A stretch of DNA of 64,000 nt, taken from NCBI GenBank assembly GCA_046329325.1, contig JAXLUU010000001.1:1305997-1369996 (forward strand), read 5' to 3'. The DNA comes from Saprospiraceae bacterium (lineage in GTDB: Bacteria > Bacteroidota > Bacteroidia > Chitinophagales > Saprospiraceae). The stretch's first letter is position 1; each line of letters starts with the position of its first letter. Below are positions 9,501 to 17,589 of the stretch, in pieces. The notes beneath the pieces are model-generated. The model searched no databases, was not told the origin of the DNA, and saw nothing but the letters and a program-made list of their open reading frames with translations. The position numbers were made by a program, and so were the translations under genes.

Positions 9501-9619
9501 TGCAGGCGAAGTTCGATCAGGGATGTGGCGAAGAATCGTGTCGTTGGTGTAATTATCTCAACATCACTAAAAAATCAGATTCTGACGAGACGTTTATTGA
9601 TCAGGATGATGCCGAGTAA
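6503..9619 (+). CDS. UvrD/PcrA-type SF1 helicase fused to a C-terminal PD-(D/E)XK (RecB/Cas4-like) nuclease with Cys cluster
   Basis: Walker A AGPGTGKT, motif II VDEFQDT, GDADQAIYRFQGA, TIHSAKGLEYQYVF. C-terminal nuclease motifs GKLDRLD...IIDYKTGK. Four Cys: RCPVSFYY upstream plus GCGEESCRWC at the C-terminus. Confidence 0.85.
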   Translation: MTLNVMGKLKAFETECQKLNEEQFEAVNALEGPVMVLAGPGTGKTQILAMRIANLLYQAVCDPESILCLTYTEAGATAMRKRLMDLIGSESRKVNIHTFHSFCNRVISEFPDVFRTDEEFQIADILEERELLEDLLRGIAPPNNLYRIDSNYQYILKPASSLFETIKKELIDPDVLKKDLLRHINDMRLEDKYYYKRATNGKKVGDFRNAKYETDIEKYNRTLSAIDLYPEYCRKLRERKRLDFNDLINEVILKLQESEEFLLTLQEKYQYVLVDEFQDTNGSQLKILDLLISYWEQPNIFVVGDADQAIYRFQGANVRNMTEFNAKYNPFKIQLAKNYRSIQGILDASEQYISNNVERLGTRHGPLIAASGPNIRKPLLVKYNAIIEEVKDICDQIENLVKNENIKPDKIAVLFRKNKEAEEYAKGLMSRDINVSISKEVNVLQHPIIQYILNILKYISTEFTMPRMNEWLLYEILHAPFIQIDTGDIGRIACFLRIERGKNAPENDPHVKYLTDVLSNPDDLQNAGIEDIASCLDFSDKLDCLIREKSLYTLSGLFQKILYDFNVINYLVVKNQDFETLEVVNSFYEYLNNLSARNPGLNFVQLSDTIDKMNRYKIVVPLSRSLARESGVRLSTIHSAKGLEYQYVFMPNNTESKRSGGNSFALPPGYSFQDEENSEEDERRLHYVGLTRAENFLQVSYSEIKEDGKSLKPNQLVLKLEEEGKTEIVSKVTTQDTARFAIMEKLQIYNKGLALIPDILLKGFLEKFRLSATTMSDYLRCPVSFYYNHVLKVPSPKNKYFGFGIAVHSTLEKYLENYPQTEIIYENELKEIYEYYLSALRWQFTEDEFINYKNDGLKHLKEFIKYYAKDWGDLSTSEFEVQFHEGNYFEIPITGKLDRLDKKSEQYIIIDYKTGKSNDNAKFNRPKNESDLGGEYWRQMTFYSILCQSKEQYANQIQGGIFYFVIPDKTGKFSSKILDITKEDQEIVGRMITKCYSDIVQAKFDQGCGEESCRWCNYLNITKKSDSDETFIDQDDAE

Positions 9620-10361
9620 TTAGAAGATATGACAAGATGTCTTTGTAAAAGAGTTGAAATATCCCACGAATAATAAATTAATGTAGTGATTGGATATCAG
9701 AAAGATCAGAATTAACTCATTACATAGACATTCAGTAAAATACCCTGCGATTTGTAAAAAACAAGTGTGTAAGATTAGATTTGTTAGTGATTTGAGTTTT
9801 TAGGCTAATTAATACACTAAAAGCGATAAACGGGGTTCACAGTCAGAATTTGTTTTAATGCTTTTGATATGGACTAAAATACTTAAAAGTGGAATTCTTT
9901 TAAATACCTAATTTTCATTACCCCACATTTGACGTATTTGAAATTTCATTCGTTTTTTATTTCTGCATAGCCAGTCATGTTCAAGGATATTCAATAAACC
10001 GATTGACTATATTTATGCAATAAGGGTTGTATATCGAATGTAGAAATTTGAGTACATTGAATACAAAGTAATTTGTAATGCAAATGCGGCAAGCTTCAAT
10101 GCAAAATACCTCATCATTAGATAGATTAATAACATCCTGTTCCAAAAAAATATTTTTCTTGGTGTACGCATATTAATGAATGAAAATAGCGCAATGTACA
10201 ATTCATGAAAGGGTTAATTTAAATGACTATTATCATTGTCAGAAAGTTATATAATTCTAACACTAAGGAAGGCGGCTTAAGTATTAAAACTTATAAAAGA
10301 TAAAAACTTCAGATACCCAAAGTCATTAAATTTTAGATATTTAGGGCTCAAATAAACAGCA

Positions 10362-11273
10362 ATGACTGGGACTTACTGGGGTATAGATATGGGTGGAACC
10401 AAGATCGAAGGGGCCGTTTTCCAGATAAAACCGGAACTTAAAGTGCTTTCACGTATCAGGGTCGACACAGAACAACAGTTTGGATACGAGCATATTTTGG
10501 GTCAGTTTAAAAAACTTGTGGATCAGCTAAAAAGCGCTACAGGAATCAACCCGGAAGTGATTGGGGTCGGTACGCCTGGAGCCATTGATTTATATACCAA
10601 AAAAATAAAAAACAGTAATACCCAATGTATTATCGGCAAGCCGATGAATGAAGATCTGGAAAAAAAACTTGGGGCCAAAGTGTATATGGGCAATGATGCC
10701 AATTGTTTTGCATTTGCAGAGACATTACTGGGAGCCGTTCCGGATTATGTCAAAGACCCGGAAGTGGTATTTGGAATTATTATGGGGACAGGCGTTGGAG
10801 GTGGAATCGTCGTACACAATAGACTCATCAACGGGCTTCATGGAATTGCCGGAGAATGGGGCCATAATCCACTTGCCGATGATGGAGATATGTGCTATTG
10901 TGGCCACAAAGCTTGTGTTGAAACTTTTATATCAGGACCGGCTACGGAGAAGTATTACTTCAACCTGACAGGTCAAAAGTTAAAAGCTACGGACATTTAT
11001 ACAAAAAGCCTTGAAGGAGATTCATATGCGCTACAAACAATAGACCGATTGCTTGAATATTATGGCAAGGCTGTCGCGAGAATTATTAACATACTGGATC
11101 CAGAAGTCATCGTCATCGGAGGGGGTCTTAGTAAAATTGACCGACTTTATTCAGAAGGAAAGGAATACATCGTGAAGTATCTTTTTAATAAAGACCTGAA
11201 TACAAAGATAATAAGACCAAAACTCGGAGACAGTGCCGGAGTAATCGGTGCAGGCTTACTTACGCCACATTAA
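10362..11273 (+). CDS. ROK-family sugar kinase (glucokinase / N-acetylglucosamine kinase type)
   Basis: N-terminal ATP-binding GIDMGGTK. MGTGVGGGIV. ROK zinc motif GEWGHNPL...CYCGHKACVETFISG. Confidence 0.85.
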   Translation: MTGTYWGIDMGGTKIEGAVFQIKPELKVLSRIRVDTEQQFGYEHILGQFKKLVDQLKSATGINPEVIGVGTPGAIDLYTKKIKNSNTQCIIGKPMNEDLEKKLGAKVYMGNDANCFAFAETLLGAVPDYVKDPEVVFGIIMGTGVGGGIVVHNRLINGLHGIAGEWGHNPLADDGDMCYCGHKACVETFISGPATEKYYFNLTGQKLKATDIYTKSLEGDSYALQTIDRLLEYYGKAVARIINILDPEVIVIGGGLSKIDRLYSEGKEYIVKYLFNKDLNTKIIRPKLGDSAGVIGAGLLTPH

Positions 11274-11290
11274 ATTGTAAATCAAAATAG

Positions 11291-12115
11291 CTACTTAACA
11301 GGTTGTTCAACAGCCTGCAATACAACTTTTTGGGAAGGCTCTAAACTAATGAAAGCAACCACATCCATTTGATCAGCATTCCAAAGCATATTGTCACTTG
11401 GAAGGATAAATTTATAATCCCTTGATGAGATCTCACCCTTCTTTAAACTATTGAGCCAGAAATCTCCTTCAACCGGAGTCAATAGTTTTCTTAATGCATG
11501 CTTATGTATATAATCATCAATTATTCCAGTAGAATTCTTTTGTGCCGTATGAATGTCAGATTCTGTTAGTGCCACATGCAGATACACTGGGAAGTCGAGA
11601 TTGATCAAAGCCGTTGCAGTAACTGAAATTTTAAGCTCCCTGGTAGATTCATCATAATCATTGACGATCTTAAGTCTCGCTTCAACCGGCTTTTGTAGTT
11701 CTTCGTTTACATAATTTATCCAGGTATCAGGTCGGCCTATTCTAATATTCGATTTATTAGGAAATAACCTTCTGTTAAAAGCAGCTTCCGGTTTGCCAAG
11801 ATAGTTACCCAAAAACTTTTCAATACTTTCTGCATCAGGTGTTCTGAGATCGGGATCAGAAGTTCGCACCGGTTCTGCTAAAAATTTTGAGTGAATACTC
11901 ATTACTACAACATTGTCTGGATAGGTCTCAACGATGCGTTCCAATTCTGTACTTCCTGCCGGGCAGTTAGGACATGAAGCTCCTGTAAACTCATCAATTA
12001 GAATTATTCTTTCTGTTTTAATAACGCCGGAGGTGATGATATCTGTAGGTTGCTCCCACTTCGCACAAGAAAATAAAGCAGACAACACCAAAACTGTGAA
12101 TACTAATTTGTACAT
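11291..12115 (-). CDS. Thioredoxin-fold lipoprotein with CxxC (Omp28-related type)
   Basis: I trimmed the ORF to the internal ATG at 12115, giving MYKLVFTVLVLSALFSC (lipoprotein signal). The longer track ORF would overlap the upstream gene. Contains the motif TGASCPNCP. Confidence 0.65.
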   Translation of the reverse strand: MYKLVFTVLVLSALFSCAKWEQPTDIITSGVIKTERIILIDEFTGASCPNCPAGSTELERIVETYPDNVVVMSIHSKFLAEPVRTSDPDLRTPDAESIEKFLGNYLGKPEAAFNRRLFPNKSNIRIGRPDTWINYVNEELQKPVEARLKIVNDYDESTRELKISVTATALINLDFPVYLHVALTESDIHTAQKNSTGIIDDYIHKHALRKLLTPVEGDFWLNSLKKGEISSRDYKFILPSDNMLWNADQMDVVAFISLEPSQKVVLQAVEQPVK

Positions 12116-12125
12116 ATTACTTAGC

Positions 12126-13754
12126 TTAAAAGTTTGACAAAATTGATGCGCGAAATCCACTGAAAGCTGGTTCGAGTCTGCAAATACCTCCCGAACATAC
12201 AATACCCTGAATCTGTTTTACATATCGCAGACCAAATCGTGTATTTCCAACATTGTACACTATACCGGCGGTCGGATAATTAATTGCTTTTTTGCCATGC
12301 GTAGGAAGCGTATTGTACATATCTGACAACTCGAATAACCAGTGAGGAGAAATACCATATTCTGCCAACAAATAGATCCAGGAGCCGATGTCTTCTTTAT
12401 TAAACATATATTGGCTTTCAATTCTTAATGAATGAGATTCACTAAAGTCGTATAAAAATTCTGCAAAAGGCACAAATGTTTTTACCAAAGGCTCTCCCCC
12501 TTTGCCGAAATACAATTGTTGATTAAAAATTTGTCTTTGCAAGCCCACTGTTAATTGATATTTTTCAGGTAGTTTATATGTTACTTCGAGATGAAACTCT
12601 CTATAAAATAATGAATCAAAATTCTTGTCCATAATATGGCTGGTGTTGAAAGAAAAATTCCAATGATCACCAATACCATATTTAATATCGAGCTGTAACG
12701 CACCTTCATTTAGAAATTGGGTTGCCGGGTAATAATAGCTGGTCAACCTGTATGTATTGACGCGTGCCATGGGAGGAATGTATGTTATCAATCCTCTGTT
12801 GAGTGTAACCTGAGGTGCTGCCCTGAAATCGAATCCGTCCGTGCGCTTTCCTTCCAATGTTATCCCAAGATTATTGGCTGCATATCCCAGACTGGTGTAA
12901 TAAACGTGACCCAGTCCTTTGACAAATTTTCCGATGGTTGACTGACCTTTTGGAAGTTGTCTGACCGACTGTGCATCATAGTAAATATCATCAAACTTAA
13001 AAGCAGTCTCAACATACCATGAAAATGGTCCGGCTGTTAAAGTATTATATAACGATATCGCATTCGAATTATATGAAGGTGCGAATTGATCAACCGGGAG
13101 ATAAGATCCACTGATTGCGGATAGTTCCTGAACATAATCATCCCCCAAAGTCTTATTAATAAATCCGATTCCGGGGCTAATAGCCCAATGACTCGAATCA
13201 CTTGGTTTGTAGAAACCATTTAAATTAATGCCTTTGATAAATGAGTTATAAGTGGTGAAGAGATTCTTTTGTTTTCCTGCAAAAGCTTTAATATTCCAGT
13301 CCGAGGTCAAATTATATTTTGCAGAAAATCCTAAAAGTGCATTGTCCAAAAGTTGTGCTCTTTCTTCAAATGCGCGATAAATAATACCAGATCCGATTTG
13401 GTCATAAAGATATCCAGCATTTAATTCAAGCTTGTCAATTTCCTTATTAACGTACCATCTTCCCAATCCATGTGCAGAGTAAGAACCTGTAGGATTTAGC
13501 AAGTTTGAATTATTGAAAAAATCATAACGAATGCCCGCATTAAAACCCGACACTGAAAGATTCAAATTAATCCATGTCTCAGAGCCAAAAATTTGTTTAT
13601 CATACTGTGGAATGTTGTAAGCCCCTATTGCTGAGTCCCTTAAAAATAAATTAGCATTCGTCTGGAATGCGCCCCAAACAGAAAGATCGCTTTGCGCACT
13701 CAGTCTTACCAAAGCCAGGACCAAAAAAGAAACTTTCAAAGCTTGGTTAATCAT
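12126..13754 (-). CDS. Outer-membrane beta-barrel protein (DUF6029-like, from memory)
   Basis: 542 aa. Signal peptide ...LSAQS. Alternating aromatic/Gly-rich beta-strand pattern. C-terminal Phe (ILSNF), typical of OMPs. Confidence 0.6.
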   Translation of the reverse strand: MINQALKVSFLVLALVRLSAQSDLSVWGAFQTNANLFLRDSAIGAYNIPQYDKQIFGSETWINLNLSVSGFNAGIRYDFFNNSNLLNPTGSYSAHGLGRWYVNKEIDKLELNAGYLYDQIGSGIIYRAFEERAQLLDNALLGFSAKYNLTSDWNIKAFAGKQKNLFTTYNSFIKGINLNGFYKPSDSSHWAISPGIGFINKTLGDDYVQELSAISGSYLPVDQFAPSYNSNAISLYNTLTAGPFSWYVETAFKFDDIYYDAQSVRQLPKGQSTIGKFVKGLGHVYYTSLGYAANNLGITLEGKRTDGFDFRAAPQVTLNRGLITYIPPMARVNTYRLTSYYYPATQFLNEGALQLDIKYGIGDHWNFSFNTSHIMDKNFDSLFYREFHLEVTYKLPEKYQLTVGLQRQIFNQQLYFGKGGEPLVKTFVPFAEFLYDFSESHSLRIESQYMFNKEDIGSWIYLLAEYGISPHWLFELSDMYNTLPTHGKKAINYPTAGIVYNVGNTRFGLRYVKQIQGIVCSGGICRLEPAFSGFRASILSNF

Positions 13755-13829
13755 ACGTTAAATTCTTTATCAGCGGTGAAAATAGTGGATTTATTCGGTC
13801 ATTTTTACGTTCAAAGTAAAAAATTAATA

Positions 13830-14321
13830 ATGAAGTATTTATTTCTGTTATTCTCTGTAATTGTTGCGAATACTGCCTTTGCGCCAAAGCCAGCACAGGT
13901 GTTTCCAAAACTAGATATCAAAACTTTGGAAGGCCAGTCATTTGGAATGGATAAATCCTTTGCGAAGAACAAACTTACAGTGGTCGATTTTTGGGCCACC
14001 TGGTGCGGTCCATGTAAAAAAGAACTCGATGCGATCAAATCACATTATCAGGAGTGGAAAAAACTTGGTATTGAAGTTATCGCAGTAACTATTGATGACA
14101 GCCAGCAGTTAAATAAGGTTAAACCAATGGCCGAACAAAAAGGCTGGGGTTATATGGTCGTTTCAGATGTAAATAAAACCTGCTTATCCAAACTTGGCTT
14201 TGCCAGTATACCTCAAACGTATATTGTTAACCAAAAAGGTGAGATTCTCTATTCTCACTCAGGGTATACGCCAGGAGACGAAAATGAATTAGATAAGAAA
14301 TTAAGATCTTTGTTAAAATAA
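13830..14321 (+). CDS. TlpA/ResA-like periplasmic thiol:disulfide oxidoreductase
   Basis: I trimmed the ORF to the ATG at 13830, giving MKYLFLLFSVIVANTAFA (signal peptide). Active site is WATWCGPC. Confidence 0.8.
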   Translation: MKYLFLLFSVIVANTAFAPKPAQVFPKLDIKTLEGQSFGMDKSFAKNKLTVVDFWATWCGPCKKELDAIKSHYQEWKKLGIEVIAVTIDDSQQLNKVKPMAEQKGWGYMVVSDVNKTCLSKLGFASIPQTYIVNQKGEILYSHSGYTPGDENELDKKLRSLLK

Positions 14322-14357
14322 TCAGGTTATCCTTAATACTTAAGGTTCTAACCTTAG

Positions 14358-14390
14358 AAAAAAAAGCCTGAAATTATTCAGGCTTTTTTT
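14358..14390. terminator. Bidirectional intrinsic terminator between the thioredoxin gene and tRNA-Phe
   Basis: A8 tract, then hairpin agcctgaa-atta-ttcaggct, then a T7 tract. It is symmetric, so it can terminate both the + gene and the convergent tRNA. Confidence 0.75.
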
Positions 14391-14391
14391 G

Positions 14392-14464
14392 TGGTACCCC
14401 CAGGAATCGAACCAGGGACACCAGGATTTTCAGTCCTGTGCTCTACCAACTGAGCTAGGGTACC
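14392..14464 (-). tRNA. tRNA-Phe (anticodon GAA)
   Basis: Reverse complement is GGTACCCTAGCTCAGTTGGTAGAGCACAGGACTGAAAATCCTGGTGTCCCTGGTTCGATTCCTGGGGGTACCA. Canonical cloverleaf with anticodon loop CTGAAAA. One U-U mismatch (51-63) in the T stem. Confidence 0.9.
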
Positions 14465-14539
14465 AGTCCGTAAAATGTTACGGTTTAAAGGGACGCAAAT
14501 ATAATGTGATTTGAAATAACAGACAATAATTTTGGTTTT

Positions 14540-15340
14540 ATGCCTTATCGCTATTTTCTGGTGCCTTTGATTGCTTGCGCTATACTTTATTTTATATGGG
14601 TAGGCTATAGTGATTCAGAACTTAATGCCTGGGTGCTCGTTGCCTTTGCATGTCTGGTTGTCGCCATTTTTATATTTCAACACCAGATCAACAATTGGTG
14701 GTGGGGAGCTTTGCCCCCTAAACTGGAGCCCGGGGAAAAAGAGTGGATAAAATCGCATTTGCCATATTTTAGCCGGATTCCTGAACAATTTCATGCGGAG
14801 TTTTTCCGTGAACTTGCCAAAAAGTGCTTAAACCAGGAATTTATTTCGATGACCAAGCAGCCCGTTCATGAAGAGTGGAAATGGATGGCAATAGGTCCGG
14901 CTATCGCGTTACGTTTATACCAATTTGACAACATTTTTGAGCACTATATTCGTACTGCATTTTACCCTCACCCATTTATTAGTCCTGATCATCCTGATAT
15001 CCATATTTCAGAAACCCACACAGAGGACGGGATTATGATATTTTCAACAGAAAATCTTATTCAAGTCCATTTAAAATCGCAACAGATCCTTAATCCTGCA
15101 CTCTATGAATGGTCAAAAGTTGCAGCATATGAGCTAAAAATAGAATGTCCAGTAGAAAAAACTGATATCCAGCATCTCATGACGCAATACCTGGGAAAGA
15201 AAGAATTTCAGGATATTACTGAATGGATGGGAATTAAGGATCTTAATGTCAATGCGCTGTGTCTCTACTTGTATGTTTTGGAAAAGGACTTGCTTCCAAT
15301 AAAAGCTCAGGAAAAAATTGCGGAAGTCCTTTTTAAATGA
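14540..15340 (+). CDS. Hypothetical membrane-anchored protein (2 N-terminal TM helices)
   Basis: 266-aa ORF. The soluble domain faintly resembles the MtfA/M90 peptidase layout, but it has YEWSK where HExxH would be expected. This similarity is recollection only. Confidence 0.45.
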   Translation: MPYRYFLVPLIACAILYFIWVGYSDSELNAWVLVAFACLVVAIFIFQHQINNWWWGALPPKLEPGEKEWIKSHLPYFSRIPEQFHAEFFRELAKKCLNQEFISMTKQPVHEEWKWMAIGPAIALRLYQFDNIFEHYIRTAFYPHPFISPDHPDIHISETHTEDGIMIFSTENLIQVHLKSQQILNPALYEWSKVAAYELKIECPVEKTDIQHLMTQYLGKKEFQDITEWMGIKDLNVNALCLYLYVLEKDLLPIKAQEKIAEVLFK

Positions 15341-15469
15341 ATGATATATAATTGAATATGAGCTACTTATATTAATATTATGGCTGCAAATTATTTAGAA
15401 AATGTACCCCATTAATTTTGTTTACATGCTTCAAAAAGGGGTAAGTTTGGAAATGAGATTCAAGGGATC

Positions 15470-16546
15470 GTGCTAAGCCGATGGAAACTTATTTTAGGTC
15501 AATCAGCGGACCCAACGGAGGAAATTCAACTTTCCGGAGAGGAAGAACGCATTGAAAAACTATTGCAGACGGCCTATGGTGATCGTCAGACCGGAGGGTT
15601 TGGAAAATCAAGTGCCAAGGTTAGAAAATGGCTTGAAGGCATACGTGAGCATTTTTCTCCAGAGGTAGTTAGCCTCATGCAGAAGGATGTGTTAGAACGC
15701 CAGAATGCAAGTGAAATGCTCCTTGAAGCAGAACTCCTAGAGAAAATAGAGCCTGATATTCAATTGGTAGCGATAATTATCAATTTGCAGGACCTATTGC
15801 CGGACGCTACGCGGAGGGTAGCCAAAAATCTTGTCGCCAGGCTGGTCAGAAAGATTGAGGAAAAACTGAGGACCAGACTCCAGCAAGCTGTCAGAAGAGG
15901 GCTGTCTCCAAGATCCCATGAAGTCAACCCAGCCGGTTCTCTGATTGACTGGAAAAAGACCATTATTCGAAATATAAAGTCTTATCAACCTGAGACAGCG
16001 CAAATTATTCCAGAGCGGTGGTTTGGTTTTTACAAAGGTTATATGCTCAAAGAATTATTTCTGGTCATTGACAAAAGCGAATCCATGATTAGTTCGGCTA
16101 TTCATGCCTCCGTTATTGGAGCAATCCTGGCTTCTTTGAAAAGCATAAGGACACATATCATTTTCTTTGATACCGAAATACAGGATGTTACGGACAAATA
16201 TCGCGATCCTGTTGATATTTTATTCAGCGTACCGATGGGTGGTGGCACAGATATAGGAAGGGCTCTCAACTATACTTATCAGAAAATGCGCTACCCTCGA
16301 AGATCTCTTGTCTTTTTGATAAGTGATCTGGATGAATATGCCCCGTTGGATGATTTAGAATCTGCCATCAACCGCATTACCTCATCGGGATGCAACCTCG
16401 AAGCGCTACTCACCCTCAATGAAGACGGCAAGACGGAGTTCAATCATAAAGTTGCGACGATGTTTCAGACCCGAGGGGTAGGACCATATTCATGCACTGC
16501 CGACAAATTTCCGGACATTTTATGTGAGCGGCTTATGAAATTGTAA
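15470..16546 (+). CDS. VWA-domain protein of the CoxE/YehP-like type
   Basis: GTG start. N-terminal RWKLILG...GGFGKSSAKVRKWLEGIREHF... layout typical of CoxE-like VWA proteins. MIDAS-like LVIDKSESM ... GGGTDIG ... LISDLDE. Confidence 0.65.
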   Translation: MLSRWKLILGQSADPTEEIQLSGEEERIEKLLQTAYGDRQTGGFGKSSAKVRKWLEGIREHFSPEVVSLMQKDVLERQNASEMLLEAELLEKIEPDIQLVAIIINLQDLLPDATRRVAKNLVARLVRKIEEKLRTRLQQAVRRGLSPRSHEVNPAGSLIDWKKTIIRNIKSYQPETAQIIPERWFGFYKGYMLKELFLVIDKSESMISSAIHASVIGAILASLKSIRTHIIFFDTEIQDVTDKYRDPVDILFSVPMGGGTDIGRALNYTYQKMRYPRRSLVFLISDLDEYAPLDDLESAINRITSSGCNLEALLTLNEDGKTEFNHKVATMFQTRGVGPYSCTADKFPDILCERLMKL

Positions 16547-16726
16547 AAATCAAGTTGCCACGATTGTAAATAACTAAGATCTTTATTTTAAAGGAGCTTA
16601 AAATCTGAATATGCCTCTTGAGATAACAAGTAATTATAAATAAAATAAAAAACACATATTATTGAAATACAACAAATTATAGAGGTTTAATTGAATTTAA
16701 TCCATCAGGATTACCTTAATAAGTTG

Positions 16727-16734
16727 TAATTTTG
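16727..16734 (+). promoter_or_regulatory. -7 promoter box (TAATTTTG) upstream of the short glycogen-synthase-like gene
   Basis: Exact TAnnTTTG match. The box ends 26 nt before the ATG at 16761, which favours that ATG over the TTG at 16749 used by the ORF track. Confidence 0.45.
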
Positions 16735-16760
16735 CATACTTTTTTAGATTGAACCACGCA

Positions 16761-17573
16761 ATGAGTCAGGAAACGAAGAATAAAATTCTATACATTACAC
16801 AAGAGATCGACCCTTACCTTAACATCAACGGCATTGGATCATTAATACAGAAACTTCCTTCTTTTGCCCAACAAAGTGGTATGGAGATCAGGATACTGAT
16901 GCCCAGATTTGGTACCATTAATGAAAGAAGGCACAGGCTTCATGAAGTGGTGCGCTTAAGCGGAATGAATATTATCATTGATGATGATGATTTCGCATTG
17001 ATCATAAAAGTTGCTTCTCTTCCCGGATCGCGTATTCAGGTTTATTTTCTCGACAACAATGAATTTTTCAAGAGGAAGTATGTATTTGAGGATGAATCGG
17101 GAAAACCATTTGAAGATAATCAGGACCGAATGATATTCTTCTGTAAAGGAGCGATAGAAACGGTAAGAAAATTTGGATGGCCTCCAGACCTCGTACATTG
17201 TCATGGATGGATGACAAGCCTGATACCATTTTACCTTAAGACGGTGTACAAAAACGATCCTGTATTCAAGAACTCGAAGGTGATATTTTCGATTTATGAG
17301 AATGAATACCAGGATTCATTCAGTGATAGTTTTTACCAAAAGGCAGCGATAAATAATCTTAAAAAGGAGCAACTCCAGATTTTTAAAAATGACGAAGGCG
17401 TCATGCTTGAAAAAGGCGTAATACAGTTTGCAGATGGCATCATTCAGGGAAGTGAAGAGCTTTCGGAAAACATCCGGCTTGCAATCGAAGAATCCAAAAA
17501 GCCATTTATTTCAACACCAAAGGAGAATTTTCTTCCAAATTATATAGATTTCTACAAGACATTTTTGTCATAG
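16761..17573 (+). CDS. Short glycogen/starch-synthase-like protein (GT5 N-terminal domain only)
   Basis: 270 aa. KILYITQEIDPY... resembles the N-terminus of GlgA, but the KTGGL motif is replaced (INGIGSL). The C-terminal GT-B half is absent. Confidence 0.6.
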   Translation: MSQETKNKILYITQEIDPYLNINGIGSLIQKLPSFAQQSGMEIRILMPRFGTINERRHRLHEVVRLSGMNIIIDDDDFALIIKVASLPGSRIQVYFLDNNEFFKRKYVFEDESGKPFEDNQDRMIFFCKGAIETVRKFGWPPDLVHCHGWMTSLIPFYLKTVYKNDPVFKNSKVIFSIYENEYQDSFSDSFYQKAAINNLKKEQLQIFKNDEGVMLEKGVIQFADGIIQGSEELSENIRLAIEESKKPFISTPKENFLPNYIDFYKTFLS

Positions 17574-17589
17574 TAGATAAAGGATTGGC

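Noticed and set aside
12116-12202. N-terminal 29-codon extension of the CxxC lipoprotein ORF in the track.
   Set aside because: It would overlap the upstream barrel gene by 77 nt. The internal ATG at 12115 gives a perfect lipoprotein signal 10 nt after the upstream stop.
13692-13829. 46-codon N-terminal extension of the thioredoxin ORF.
   Set aside because: It overlaps the divergent barrel gene's start region and has no signal peptide. The ATG at 13830 gives MKYLFLLFSVIVANTAFA.
14392-14464. U-U mismatch in the T stem of tRNA-Phe, considered as a sign of a pseudogene.
   Set aside because: All other stems, the invariant D/T-loop nucleotides and the anticodon loop are canonical. A single 51-63 mismatch is tolerable.
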